A DNA stretch of 64,000 nt, taken from an uncultured delta proteobacterium (GTDB lineage Bacteria > Desulfobacterota > Binatia > Binatales > Binataceae). Each line of letters opens with the position of its first letter. Position 1 is the first letter of the stretch. A program made the position numbers and the translations under genes. This document shows positions 27,546 to 37,622 of this stretch, in pieces. The DNA is taken from the NCBI GenBank assembly GCA_963724395.1, contig CAVRUK010000006.1:2445731-2509730 (forward strand), written 5' to 3'. Below the pieces are notes generated by a model. The model had not been told where the DNA came from. It made no database searches and was given only the letters and a program-made list of their open reading frames with translations.

Positions 27546-28874
27546 CTATTGCGCAGTAGTCAGTGCTTCTACATCCGCGATCGACTTCGGCGTCGCCGCA
27601 GTCATCACTTCGTGACCGTCATCCGTCACCAGCACGTCGTCTTCGATTCGAATCCCCACTCCGCGAAAACTGTCCGCCACTTCGTCGTCGTCAGGAGCGA
27701 TATACAATCCCGGCTCGACTGTAAGCACCATCCCGGGCTCGAGCACTCGTGACGCGCCGTTCACCCGGTACAGCCCCACGTCGTGCACGTCCATGCCGAG
27801 CCAGTGACTCGTGCGATGCATATAGTAGCGCCGGTACGCGCCCTTCTCGATTATTTCCTCGGCCGATCCGTGCAGGATTCCGAGCTGACGCATGCCGTCA
27901 ACCAGCACGCGCAGAGCAACTTCGTGCGGTTCGTCGAAATGCGCGCCCGGCTTGATCGTCTCGATCGCCTTGAGCTGGGCGTCGAGCACTACCTCGTACA
28001 GGCTGCGCTGCAAGCCCGTGAAGCGCGCGCCAATCGGCGACGTGCGCGTGATGTCCGCCGCGTAAAAGTCATACTCGGCGCCCGCGTCGATCAGGAGCAG
28101 CTCGCCGGTCCGCATCTCGCGATCATTGTTGATGTAGTGCAGGGTCGCCGCGTTCGGTCCCGACGCGATGATCGACGGATAGCTCGGACCCGTCGCGCCC
28201 TGCGAGCGAAACGCGTAGTCAACCTCCGCTTCGATCTGCCACTCGCCCATCCCGCCGCGCGCCTTCGCCATCGCGCGTTTGTGCGCGTCCGCCGAAATCG
28301 CCATCGCGCGCCGCATCGCCTCAAGCTCGACCGGCTCTTTCTTCAGCCGCGCCTCGTGAATGATGTCGCGCGGATCGATTATCGACGACGGCCCCACGCC
28401 GATTCGCGGCCGCATCGTCTGCGCCCATCGAATCAGCTTCATCACCCGCTCATCCATCTTCTCGTTCAGCCCGAGTGGGTAATGCACGCGCTCGCTCTTC
28501 TCCAGGTAGCGCGGCAAGATCTTTTCCAGTTCGTCGATTACGTATGCTTTGTCGGCTCCGTACTCGATGATCGCGCCCTCGATTCCGGCGCGCCTGCCCG
28601 TCCAGGTCTCGCGCTCCTTGTCGCGCGGCCGCACGAACATCACGAACTCGCCATCCGGATGCCCGGGCGAGAGCACCGCCACCGATTCCGGCTCGGCGAA
28701 TCCCGTCAGGTAGTAGAAGTCGCTGTCTTGCCGATAAACGAACTCGACGTCGCCCGACCGCACGGCCACCGGCGCGCTCGGCATGATCGCGGTCGCACCG
28801 GGCGCGACCGCCTCCATCATGCGCTTGCGCCGCGCGCGAAAATTATCGCCGTTGCCGTTAACGCCCATCACCAA
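27546..28874 (-). CDS. pepP: Xaa-Pro aminopeptidase P
   Basis: YRQDSDFYYLTGF, LHY, DAG..Y.ADITRT, HWLGMDVHD, EPGLY, IRIEDD. Confidence 0.95.
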   Translation of the reverse strand: MVMGVNGNGDNFRARRKRMMEAVAPGATAIMPSAPVAVRSGDVEFVYRQDSDFYYLTGFAEPESVAVLSPGHPDGEFVMFVRPRDKERETWTGRRAGIEGAIIEYGADKAYVIDELEKILPRYLEKSERVHYPLGLNEKMDERVMKLIRWAQTMRPRIGVGPSSIIDPRDIIHEARLKKEPVELEAMRRAMAISADAHKRAMAKARGGMGEWQIEAEVDYAFRSQGATGPSYPSIIASGPNAATLHYINNDREMRTGELLLIDAGAEYDFYAADITRTSPIGARFTGLQRSLYEVVLDAQLKAIETIKPGAHFDEPHEVALRVLVDGMRQLGILHGSAEEIIEKGAYRRYYMHRTSHWLGMDVHDVGLYRVNGASRVLEPGMVLTVEPGLYIAPDDDEVADSFRGVGIRIEDDVLVTDDGHEVMTAATPKSIADVEALTTAQ

Positions 28875-28896
28875 TCATTACGCCACGACCCACATC

Positions 28897-29739
28897 TCAC
28901 GGCAATCCGGCGCGCGGTACTTCGACTTGCGTGGTTTCGATTCTCCCGCCTCGCGTCGAGCGGCACTTCTCCGGATCGGAACTCGGTGCGGTCGCGACAA
29001 ACAGTGTCCGCCCGTCTGCCCCGCCGAGCATGCATGCGAACGCGTCCGTCTCCACCTTGATTCGCTCGACCACTTCGCCGCCCTGCTTCACCCGAATTAC
29101 TTCCGACGCCGTCGGGCACGCCACCCAGACTGCATTCTCCGCGTCCAGGCAGATTCCATCAGGGAGGCTGTTGCCGAGTTCCGCCCACGCGCGCCGATTC
29201 GCGAGCGAACCGTCCGCGCCGATATCGAAGGCGGTCAATCGACGCCCGAACGTCTCGCCGACGATCAGCGTCTTCCCGTCCGGCGTGATCACCATCCCAT
29301 TCGGGAACATAATGTCCTCGGCCACCACGCGCGCGACGCCGTCTGGCTCGGCCATCACCAGCGTCGTCCCGCGCGGCGCCTCGCCCTTGTGCAGATCGAA
29401 TCCAAAGTTGCCGACGTACGCGCGCCCGCGCGCATCGACCACCATGTCGTTGCAATCGAATGGCGCGAGCTTCATCAGATCCGACGCGGCCTTCAGCCCA
29501 TCGCGATCCAAACGCATCAGCTTCCGATCCGTCATCGACACGACGAGCATCCGGCCGTCGGGCAACCATCCAAGCCCCGACGGCCGCCCCGGCACTTCGC
29601 ACACGACCTCGCGCTTCCCCGCCATATCAACCGCGACCACCTGATGCGCATGCATGTCGGAGAAATAAAACTCCCCGTCATGCCACCGAGGCCCCTCAGG
29701 AAACGCCAACCCGTCGATCAAAACCTTCAAAGTCCGCAT
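28897..29739 (-). CDS. SMP-30/gluconolactonase/LRE family protein
   Basis: FPEGPRW, CNDMVVD, FPNG, PDGICLD. Confidence 0.92.
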   Translation of the reverse strand: MRTLKVLIDGLAFPEGPRWHDGEFYFSDMHAHQVVAVDMAGKREVVCEVPGRPSGLGWLPDGRMLVVSMTDRKLMRLDRDGLKAASDLMKLAPFDCNDMVVDARGRAYVGNFGFDLHKGEAPRGTTLVMAEPDGVARVVAEDIMFPNGMVITPDGKTLIVGETFGRRLTAFDIGADGSLANRRAWAELGNSLPDGICLDAENAVWVACPTASEVIRVKQGGEVVERIKVETDAFACMLGGADGRTLFVATAPSSDPEKCRSTRGGRIETTQVEVPRAGLP

Positions 29740-29816
29740 CGCTCTTAGCACCGGGTGCAGGGGTCACCCCTGCCCAGGGAAGCGTGAAACCCAGGCGGAT
29801 TTCACTACAATTAAGT
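29730..29816 (+). repeat. Dispersed double-hairpin repeat, copy C
   Basis: GGGTGCAGGGGTCACCCCTGCC..GTGAAACCC-AGGC-GGATTTCAC..AATTAAGT. Confidence 0.85.
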
Positions 29817-29821
29817 TCCTT

Positions 29822-31067
29822 CTAGTCCAGCGCCCCCTTCGATCTCATCGCCTCGACCTCCTCCGCGCTGTATCCGAGCAACCCCTTCAGCACCTCATCA
29901 GTATGCTGCCCGAGCACCGGCGCCGCCGTCTTCACTTCGCAAGGAGTCCCGCTCGTCCGCCACGGAATGCCGCAATGCTGCCGCTTGCCGACTTCCGGAT
30001 GCTCGCGATAGACGAAGTATTCGCGCTTCGTGAGATGCGGATCCTCCGATAGGTACTTGCTATCGGCGCAAGCTCCCGTCGCGACTCCAGCCGCCTGCAG
30101 AGTCTCGACGACATACGACACCTTTCGCGTTGCCGTCCACTGACTGACTATTGCTTCGAGCGCGTCTTCGTTCTCCTTACGCCCCGCAAGCGTTGCGAAT
30201 CGCGGATCCTTAACCAGTTCCGGCTTTCCTATTGCAATAGCCAGTCGCGCCCATTCCGCATCGTCCGCACATACTATCGCGACGAATTGATCGATCGTGA
30301 CGTCGAGAATTTTCTCCGGCAGATCGACGCATTTGAAAATTCCGTGCGGCGCCATCAGCGGATCGCGATTCCCGTTTCGCTCCGGCTCGCGCCCGTTCAT
30401 CGTGTATTCTAAAATCCCCTCTGCCAGAAGGTCCATCGCGCATTCCCACTGGCTCATGTCGATATATTGTCCCTCGCCAGTTTTCGCGCGATGGAACAGC
30501 GCGCTGATTATCGCGAACGCGCCATGCACTCCCGCGTTGGGGTCGGCGTAGCTGAACCCGGCGTGCATCGGCGGAAATCCCTTATAGCCAGTCAGCGCCG
30601 ACAGCCCCGACAACGGCACCTGTGCCGGCCCGTACGCCACGTAGTGACTATACGGTCCGGTGTCGCCGTATCCCGACAGAGTAATCATTACTACATTCGG
30701 ATTTACCTTCTTCACTTCTTCGTAGCCGAATCCCATCTTCTTCGAGCACGCCCGCCGCGAAGTTGTTAATCACGACATCGCTCTGCTTGATCAGCCGCCA
30801 CGCCGCCTCCTTCGCTTCCGGATGCTTGAAATTCAGCGACAGCGATTTCTTGCCCTGGTTGTATTGATTGAAGTAACCGGACTGGTTGAGGCTCTTGAAC
30901 ACGCCGCCGGGCCACGGCGGCAGCATCCGCGTCACGCACGGCCGCGTCTTGGTTTCGATCCTGATCACTTCGGCCCCAAGATGCGCCAGTTGCAGGGTGC
31001 AGTATGGTCCCGCCCACACCCACGTGAAATCGCAAACTCGAATTCCCGACAGAGGAGGCTTCGCCAT
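29822..31067 (-). CDS. Class III (CaiB/BaiF) CoA-transferase, frameshifted near 30741
   Basis: MAKPPLSGIRVCDFTWVWAGP...NNFAAGVLE continues after one extra base as KMGFGYEE...YADPNAG. Confidence 0.85.
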
Positions 31068-31069
31068 CG

Positions 31070-32275
31070 CTAGATCACACCCTTGCGCTTGAGTTCGTCG
31101 AGTCGCGCCTGCGAGAGTCCGATCTCGCCGAATACTTCCGCGTTGTGCTGTCCGAGCGTCGGCGCTGGCCGCCGAATCTCCCACGGCGTGCGCGCGAACT
31201 TCAGCGGCGCGCCCGGATACTTATGCGTGCCGGCGACCGGCTGCGCGATCTCGACGAAAAATCCGCGCGCCTTCAGATGCTCCGAGTTGAGCAGGTCGCC
31301 CATCGTCGACACCGGCGCAAACGGCACGCGCTTGGCCTGCGCCTTGCGATACAAATCCAGCACCGTCTGCCGGCTGACCCATTCTTCGAGCATCGGCTTG
31401 AGCGCGTCCCAGTTCAGCGCGCGCACCAGCCGATCTTTGAAAATCTCCATCTCCGCCCATTCGGGATTTCCCATGATTTCGACGAAATTGCGCCACTGAT
31501 GCTCCTCGATGCAGCACAGGTAAATGTACCCGTCCTTGCACTGCATCGTCTCGACCGGCTGGATCGGCTTCTGTCCCAGCCGCGTCGCGATCATCTTCAT
31601 GTACGGCCAGTACTCGAACGTCATTTCTAGGATCGACGCGATCGATTCCTGCACCGACACCTCGATATGCTGCCCCGCGCCGTCGCGAAGTTGCGCGAAT
31701 GCCGCCGCGATCGTCGCGGTCGCGCCATGCACTCCGCCCTGGTAGCCCGCCTGATGGCCCGCGGTCTTGAGCGGCGGCAGCTCCGGATGCTCCGGCCCTC
31801 CTCCGTTCAGCACGCACACTCCGCCCGCGCACCAGATCGTCAAATCCTCCGCGCGGTAGTCACGATACGGCCCGGTTAACCCGAACGGCAGGATCGACGT
31901 CATGATCAATTTCGGATTCGCGCGCCCCATCCGCTCGTAGGTGAGCCCGACGCGATCCATTTCCGGCGGCGTGACGTTGTGAATCAGGATATCCGCGCCC
32001 GCCACCAGCTTCTCCAAAATCTCGAAGCCTTCGGGCTGCGTGATATCGAGCGTAACGCCGCGCTTGTTGGTGTTGAGATATAGAAACAGACCGCTGGTCT
32101 CAGGATTCGGCTTGTCGCCCGGAAACGGCCCGCGCTTCCGCGCCCGATCCCCGGCGCCCGGCCTCTCCACCTTGACGACCTCAGCCCCCATGTCCGCCAG
32201 CAGCTTGCTGCAATAAGGCGCCGACACCATCTCGCCAACTTCGACGATCTTTAAACTGGCTAAAGCTCCCGCCAT
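31070..32275 (-). CDS. Class III (CaiB/BaiF) CoA-transferase
   Basis: SAPYCSKLLADMGAEVVKVERP, YLNTNKRGVTLD, APTLGQHN. Confidence 0.92.
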   Translation of the reverse strand: MAGALASLKIVEVGEMVSAPYCSKLLADMGAEVVKVERPGAGDRARKRGPFPGDKPNPETSGLFLYLNTNKRGVTLDITQPEGFEILEKLVAGADILIHNVTPPEMDRVGLTYERMGRANPKLIMTSILPFGLTGPYRDYRAEDLTIWCAGGVCVLNGGGPEHPELPPLKTAGHQAGYQGGVHGATATIAAAFAQLRDGAGQHIEVSVQESIASILEMTFEYWPYMKMIATRLGQKPIQPVETMQCKDGYIYLCCIEEHQWRNFVEIMGNPEWAEMEIFKDRLVRALNWDALKPMLEEWVSRQTVLDLYRKAQAKRVPFAPVSTMGDLLNSEHLKARGFFVEIAQPVAGTHKYPGAPLKFARTPWEIRRPAPTLGQHNAEVFGEIGLSQARLDELKRKGVI

Positions 32276-32379
32276 TCTTCTTTTCCCTGGCTCTCCTGAT
32301 CCAATAAAATACTTCGCCCGTTACTTTACGGGAGAGGCGGCCGGACGCAACGCGGCCGGTAGTTGAGGGTTCTGCTTTC

Positions 32380-32652
32380 TTACTCCGGAAACACCTGCCG
32401 AAACGGTTTCACCTCGACGCGCGCGAACACTCCGCTCGTCACGTACGGATCGCTATTCGCAAACGCGATCGCTTCCTCCTCACTCTCCATATCTACAATG
32501 ATAAGACTGCCGCTGCCGTCGGTGAATGGGCCCGCGATCTTCACTTTGCCCGCTCGATCCAGCGGCCGCAGATTCTCAAGATGCGCCGGCCTCACCTTCG
32601 GCCGCAGGGCAGCGCCGTCGGGTCCGTCATGGCCGATTATCACGAACAACAT
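32380..32652 (-). CDS. YciI family protein
   Basis: RPAHL, AGP, GSLIIVD, DPY. Confidence 0.9.
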   Translation of the reverse strand: MLFVIIGHDGPDGAALRPKVRPAHLENLRPLDRAGKVKIAGPFTDGSGSLIIVDMESEEEAIAFANSDPYVTSGVFARVEVKPFRQVFPE

Positions 32653-32830
32653 CGCATAGTCCTTCTGAAAAAACGCGCCGAAATGAGCCCGCATTAATTA
32701 GCACGCCCCACCCCCTCCCGCAAAATCGCCCAACCAAGTCCATTCCCCGGTCGAGACATAATCTGACGGCGATGGTAACGTCTGCGAGTCCTTGAAAGTG
32801 GAATGATCGGGCCATGAGGCAAGACCGTCA

Positions 32831-33868
32831 ATGATCTTTCGCGAACTCAATCATGGCAAGTGTAAGACCTACCTTGCGATCTCGGAAGCGACGCGCAAGG
32901 CCGCCGTCATCGATCCTTTGCATGACAAGGTCGAGCGCTACCTCGCGGTCCTCGCCTATCACGGATTGCGTTTGGATTCGATCATCGACACCCATACCCA
33001 TGCCGATCATCGCAGCGGCGCGATGGAGTTGGGCGCGTTGGCCGGCGCGCCAGTCGTGATGCATCGTCTTGCGCCCGCTCCGCACGTCGGCATCCATGTC
33101 GAAGATGGTCAGACACTGAAGGTAGGCGACGAGCAGCTTCGCGTACTCTACACGCCCGGCCATACACCGGATTCGATAAGCTTGCTCTCGACAGATCGAG
33201 TCTTCACCGGCGACGTACTGTTCATCCATGGCACCGGACGCGCCGATTTTGCGGGCGGCGATGCGGGCATTCAGTACGATTCGATAGTGCGCAAGCTGTT
33301 CACGCTGCCCGACAACATCCTGGTTTTTCCCGCGCACGACTATCGAGGGCATACGCAATCGACCATCGGCGAGGAGAAGCGCTCGAATCCACGGCTGGCC
33401 GGCAAGACCCGCGACGACTACATCAACCTGATGAACAACCTCGGCTTGCCGCTGCCCGATGGCATCCAGGAGGCTCTGCAACCGAACCAATCCGATCTCG
33501 ATGCGGGCGCGCTCAAGTTCCCGACGCTCTCGCAACTCAACCAGGTGCGTCAGTTGAGCGCTGCGCAGTTGCGCGATCGTATCGCGAGCCCCACTCCGCC
33601 GATGCTCATCGATGTGCGCGAGGAAGATGAATATCGCGGCGAACTCGGCCACATCGCCGGCGCGCGCCTGATCCCCCTGAAAGAACTACCTGAGCGAACC
33701 GACGAGCTGGCGAATGAAAAAACCCGCGACATAGTCGCGATCTGCCGCGTCGGGGTCAGAAGCGCCACCGCCGCCGCGATCCTCACCGGCCTGGGCTTCG
33801 AGCACGTCTGGAACCTGAAAGGCGGCATGCTCGAATGGAGAGACGCGCAACTCCCAGTCGAGCGATAA
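32831..33868 (+). CDS. MBL-fold persulfide dioxygenase-like/rhodanese fusion
   Basis: DTHTHADH, TPGHT, GRADF, FPAHDY, STIGEEK..NPR; rhodanese DVRE..E, CRVGVRS, GGM. Confidence 0.9.
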   Translation: MIFRELNHGKCKTYLAISEATRKAAVIDPLHDKVERYLAVLAYHGLRLDSIIDTHTHADHRSGAMELGALAGAPVVMHRLAPAPHVGIHVEDGQTLKVGDEQLRVLYTPGHTPDSISLLSTDRVFTGDVLFIHGTGRADFAGGDAGIQYDSIVRKLFTLPDNILVFPAHDYRGHTQSTIGEEKRSNPRLAGKTRDDYINLMNNLGLPLPDGIQEALQPNQSDLDAGALKFPTLSQLNQVRQLSAAQLRDRIASPTPPMLIDVREEDEYRGELGHIAGARLIPLKELPERTDELANEKTRDIVAICRVGVRSATAAAILTGLGFEHVWNLKGGMLEWRDAQLPVER

Positions 33869-33882
33869 GCCGATCTCGCACT

Positions 33883-33960
33883 CATCTTGGTACCGGGTGC
33901 AGGGGTCACCCCTGCCCAAGGAGGTGCGGAACCCACGGTGGGTTCCGCATTAAATTAAGT
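33883..33960 (+). repeat. Dispersed double-hairpin repeat, copy D
   Basis: GGGTGCAGGGGTCACCCCTGCC..TGCGGAACCC-ACGGT-GGGTTCCGCA-TTAAATTAAGT. Confidence 0.88.
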
Positions 33961-33977
33961 GATTTCCCCTTCCCCTC

Positions 33978-35027
33978 CTAAACTTGATCCTTATCCAGCG
34001 CCGAGCTCCACTTCCGCGACGCCCGCCCTTCCCAGCCGCGCTTGTGATACGCGTAGCCGACGATTAGGGGCACCGCGATCGTCGCCTCGCAATACACCAT
34101 CTGCTCGTACGTCGTATCGACTTTGCCCCAGCTGCTCGCCTCTTTGAGCGTGCTGCCCGAAAGCGCGCCGTCGCGCACGTCCGCGACGGTGATTTGAATC
34201 GCGTACTTGTGCATGGGCACGTCATGTCCCAGCACTTCGGCCGCGACCACGATATCCTGCGCGAAATTCTTCGGCACGCCGCCGCCGATCATGAACAACC
34301 CGGTGCTCTCGTTCTTCACCTTGAGCCGCGTCAATTCGTAAAAATCCTTGGCCGAGTCGAGCGAGACCTTGGGCTTGCCATGACGCGCCGCCTGATGCGC
34401 GACGAGTCCGAAGCCGGCTGAGCAATCGCTGAATGCCGGACAGAAAATCGGCACCTCCTCGCGATATGCCTCGAGCACGATACTGGCGCTCGTCTTCGCG
34501 CCCGTCTCGGCCAGGTACTTGCCCATCTCGCCGACGAACTCGCGCGACGAATACGGCCGCGGATCGAGGCTGTCGGTGATCTTGTGAATCGTCTCGTCGC
34601 ACACGCGCAGTTCGTCTTCGTCAATCAGCGTGTCGTAGATTCGATCGATATGCAGTTCTCGCAGCTTGTCGTCGTCGAGCCCGTACTTGAAGCGGTCCTC
34701 GGCCATCCAATGCTTGAAACCCAGCGCTTCGAAAAAATCCTGGTCCACGATGTTCGCGCCGGTGCTCACGATCGCATCGACCATGTGATTGCGAATCATG
34801 TCGGCGAAGACGCGTTTCAGCCCCGCGCTGATCAGCGAACCCGCCAGGCACAGGATGATGCCACAGTTGCGATCCCGCAGCATCCGATCGTAAATCGTGG
34901 CCGCGCGATGCAGGTCGCGGGCGCTGTACGCCATCTGCCCCATCGCTTCGACGATCGGCACGACGCTCTCGCGCGTGATATCGACGTGTTCGATCGGTTT
35001 TTTTAGAAACTCTGATTTGATACTCAT
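33978..35027 (-). CDS. Deoxyhypusine-synthase-like protein (probably polyamine synthesis)
   Basis: STGAN, DRIYD, PAFSD, GGGVPKNF, DGALSGSTLKEASSWGK. Confidence 0.9.
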   Translation of the reverse strand: MSIKSEFLKKPIEHVDITRESVVPIVEAMGQMAYSARDLHRAATIYDRMLRDRNCGIILCLAGSLISAGLKRVFADMIRNHMVDAIVSTGANIVDQDFFEALGFKHWMAEDRFKYGLDDDKLRELHIDRIYDTLIDEDELRVCDETIHKITDSLDPRPYSSREFVGEMGKYLAETGAKTSASIVLEAYREEVPIFCPAFSDCSAGFGLVAHQAARHGKPKVSLDSAKDFYELTRLKVKNESTGLFMIGGGVPKNFAQDIVVAAEVLGHDVPMHKYAIQITVADVRDGALSGSTLKEASSWGKVDTTYEQMVYCEATIAVPLIVGYAYHKRGWEGRASRKWSSALDKDQV

Positions 35028-35088
35028 TGCCGTTCCTTACGTTATGTTCGATTGGTTGGCCGATAGTACGCATCGGCGCAGTTGTACG

Positions 35089-35877
35089 CTACTTCACTGG
35101 CCCGATTCCGCCCAGCCCCGTGAAGTAGAGCATAAAATTAAGCGTGCCGAGCCCAACCAGAAACGCAAACGCAATGATATCGGCGAGCGTCACCGGGTAC
35201 TCGATAAAGGTCGTCGGCTCGTGGCTGAAGCCGAAGCCGCGCGCTTCCAGAGCCATCGCCATGTTGTTCGCCTTGCGCAGCGCGCCCATGAAAACCGGGA
35301 TCACGACCGGCACGTAACGCCGCACGCGCTCGAGCGGCCCGCCCTGGTTGAAATCGTAACCGCGCAAACGCTGCGCATCGACGATCGTCACTGCGGAGTC
35401 GATGAACAGTGGCACCAGCCGAAAAGACAGCGAGATCGCGAAGCTGACCCGATACGGCACCCGCATCCGCTGCAGCCCGTAGGTGAACTCCTCGATCTTG
35501 GTGGTCGAAAGAAACAGCACCGACGCCGCCAGCAGCTCCGCCAGCTTGATCCCGCGCCCGAGTCCAAACACCAGCGACAACCGGCTGACGTGAAAAACCG
35601 GCACGTTCACCAACACCGCGCCCCGCCGATAGAAAACCATCCACGCAATCGTCGTGGTGAAAACGAGGATCGCAAACAACCATCGCAAGCGGTAGAAGTT
35701 CGGCCACGAATCGGTAAGCTGCGCGATCCACAGCATGACCAGCCCAACCGGCAACAGCGCGATCGGATTGTCCACCCAGTACACCGACCAGAACATCACG
35801 AACAGCGCGAACACCTTGACCGTGGGATGCAACCGATGAACGAACGTGCCGCGATCGATGTACAGATAAATCGGCAT
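35089..35877 (-). CDS. ECF transporter T component
   Basis: HRLHP..K, AQRLRG, ALEARGF. Confidence 0.92.
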   Translation of the reverse strand: MPIYLYIDRGTFVHRLHPTVKVFALFVMFWSVYWVDNPIALLPVGLVMLWIAQLTDSWPNFYRLRWLFAILVFTTTIAWMVFYRRGAVLVNVPVFHVSRLSLVFGLGRGIKLAELLAASVLFLSTTKIEEFTYGLQRMRVPYRVSFAISLSFRLVPLFIDSAVTIVDAQRLRGYDFNQGGPLERVRRYVPVVIPVFMGALRKANNMAMALEARGFGFSHEPTTFIEYPVTLADIIAFAFLVGLGTLNFMLYFTGLGGIGPVK

Positions 35878-37622
35878 CAGTCGCTTTCTTTCACTCCCTT
35901 CACCCACGCGACGAATTCATCCGTCGTCAGCGCCAGCGTCCCGAAGCGACGGCTCAGTTCGGTGATTTCCGGCGCGCGAAACGACGACGACCGCAGCAGA
36001 TCGTCCTGCATGAAAAACTCGCGCACGCCCCCGTCGAAAATTTTCGCGCCCTTGCGCAGCAGCACGACCCGCCGCGCGTACTCGGCGACCAGCCACGGCG
36101 TATGCGTGATGATCACGATTGCGATTCCGGCCCGGTTGAGGTCGCGCACCAGCGCCATCATGCGCAGTTGCTCGCGATGGTCCAGCCCGGTCGTCGGTTC
36201 GTCGAGAATCAGCATCCGCGGCCTCAGCACTAGCACGCTCGCGACCGCCAAGCGCTGGCGCTCGCCCTTGCTGAGCAGGAACGGGTCGCTCTGGCGCTCA
36301 TTCTGAAGGCCGACCGCCTCGATCGCTTCGTCGCATCGACGACGGATTTCGTCATCCGGCAGCCCGAAGTTGCGCGGTCCGAACGCAACTTCCTCTTCAA
36401 CCGTCGCCGCGAAGATCTGATGATCCGGATTCTGGAAAACGTAGGCCACTGCGCGCGCTGTCTCCGCCGGGCGCATCTGCGCGCGATCCTTGCCGTCGAT
36501 CGTGACGCGTCCCGACGCCGGATTGAGCAGACCAACAATATGCTTGGCCAGCGTGGTTTTGCCGGAACCATTTTGGCCGACGATCGCGAGAAACTCTCCG
36601 GCTTCGACTTTCAGATCGATCGAATCGAGCGCGCGCGCCCCGCCCGCGTAGCTGAAGCTCACGTTCTCGATACCGATAAATGCGGGCCCGGCCGCAGCCG
36701 CGGTATTCGGCCGCGACGCGACCCTGTTCTCGACCAAAGTTTTGGCGAGACGCGGATAGGCTCGCAGGATTTCTTCGAAAGCCTGATCGACATTCTTCGC
36801 TTGCGCCTTGATTCCGAGCATCTCGAGTGCGTGCCCCAGCCCCGGCGGACGCACGCCGCAATCCCTGAGCAGTTCAGTACGCGCGAACACTTCGTGAGGC
36901 GGACCGTCCGCGGCGATTTCGCCCTCGCGCAGAACGATTATCCGGTCGGCGGCGCGCAGCTCCTCGGACTCGTGCTCGATTACGATCAGGCTCAAGCCCT
37001 GCGCGCGCAGTTTGGCGATCAGCTCGAATACTTCCGCTCGCCCCTCGGGATCGAGATCGGTGGTCGGCTCGTCGAGCACGATAACCGACGGGCGCAACGC
37101 CAGCACCGACGCGATCGCCAGCCGCTGCTTCTCGCCGCCCGACAGCGACATTGGATCGCGATGCTCGAAGCCGCGCAGGCCGACCGCCTCCAGCGCCGGC
37201 ATGATTCGCCGATCCATCTCGGCGCGCTCCATGCCGACCTGCTCCATCGCGAACGCGACCTCGTGCGCGACGTTGGTTGAAAACAACTGCGCCTCGAAAT
37301 CCTGGAAGACCATGCCGACCTTGGGCGCGACGTCGCAGACGCGCAGATGCTCGAGCGGCTCGTCCGCGATGCTGATCGCGCCGTGAAAGTCGCCGTCCTC
37401 GAATTCCGGCACGATGCGATTGAGGCATTTCGCGAGCGTGGATTTGCCCGCCCCCGACGCGCCCATCACGCCTATTGTCTCGCCCGCCGCTTGCACGAAG
37501 CTCACCGCTCGAAGCGCGGGTTTGTCGGCGCCGTGATAGGTGAACGTAACTCCCTGAACCGACACTGCGTGCTGGTTGGGATTCACTGACAAAACTGAAA
37601 CAATTTGCGCGTCGGTTTTCAC
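35877..37622 (-). CDS. ECF transporter fused ATPase (A-A')
   Basis: Two ABC domains: GASGAGKST/LSGGEKQR/LDEPT and GQNGSGKTT/LSKGERQR/LDEPT; start approximate. Confidence 0.93.
   Translation of the reverse strand: MKTDAQIVSVLSVNPNQHAVSVQGVTFTYHGADKPALRAVSFVQAAGETIGVMGASGAGKSTLAKCLNRIVPEFEDGDFHGAISIADEPLEHLRVCDVAPKVGMVFQDFEAQLFSTNVAHEVAFAMEQVGMERAEMDRRIMPALEAVGLRGFEHRDPMSLSGGEKQRLAIASVLALRPSVIVLDEPTTDLDPEGRAEVFELIAKLRAQGLSLIVIEHESEELRAADRIIVLREGEIAADGPPHEVFARTELLRDCGVRPPGLGHALEMLGIKAQAKNVDQAFEEILRAYPRLAKTLVENRVASRPNTAAAAGPAFIGIENVSFSYAGGARALDSIDLKVEAGEFLAIVGQNGSGKTTLAKHIVGLLNPASGRVTIDGKDRAQMRPAETARAVAYVFQNPDHQIFAATVEEEVAFGPRNFGLPDDEIRRRCDEAIEAVGLQNERQSDPFLLSKGERQRLAVASVLVLRPRMLILDEPTTGLDHREQLRMMALVRDLNRAGIAIVIITHTPWLVAEYARRVVLLRKGAKIFDGGVREFFMQDDLLRSSSFRAPEITELSRRFGTLALTTDEFVAWVKGVKESD

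Noticed and set aside
30730-30750. Programmed ribosomal frameshift in the CoA-transferase
   Set aside because: No slippery heptamer; similar +1 indels elsewhere point to sequence error
474-33960. Repeats as a CRISPR array
   Set aside because: Copies are kilobases apart, with no repeat-spacer periodicity and no cas genes
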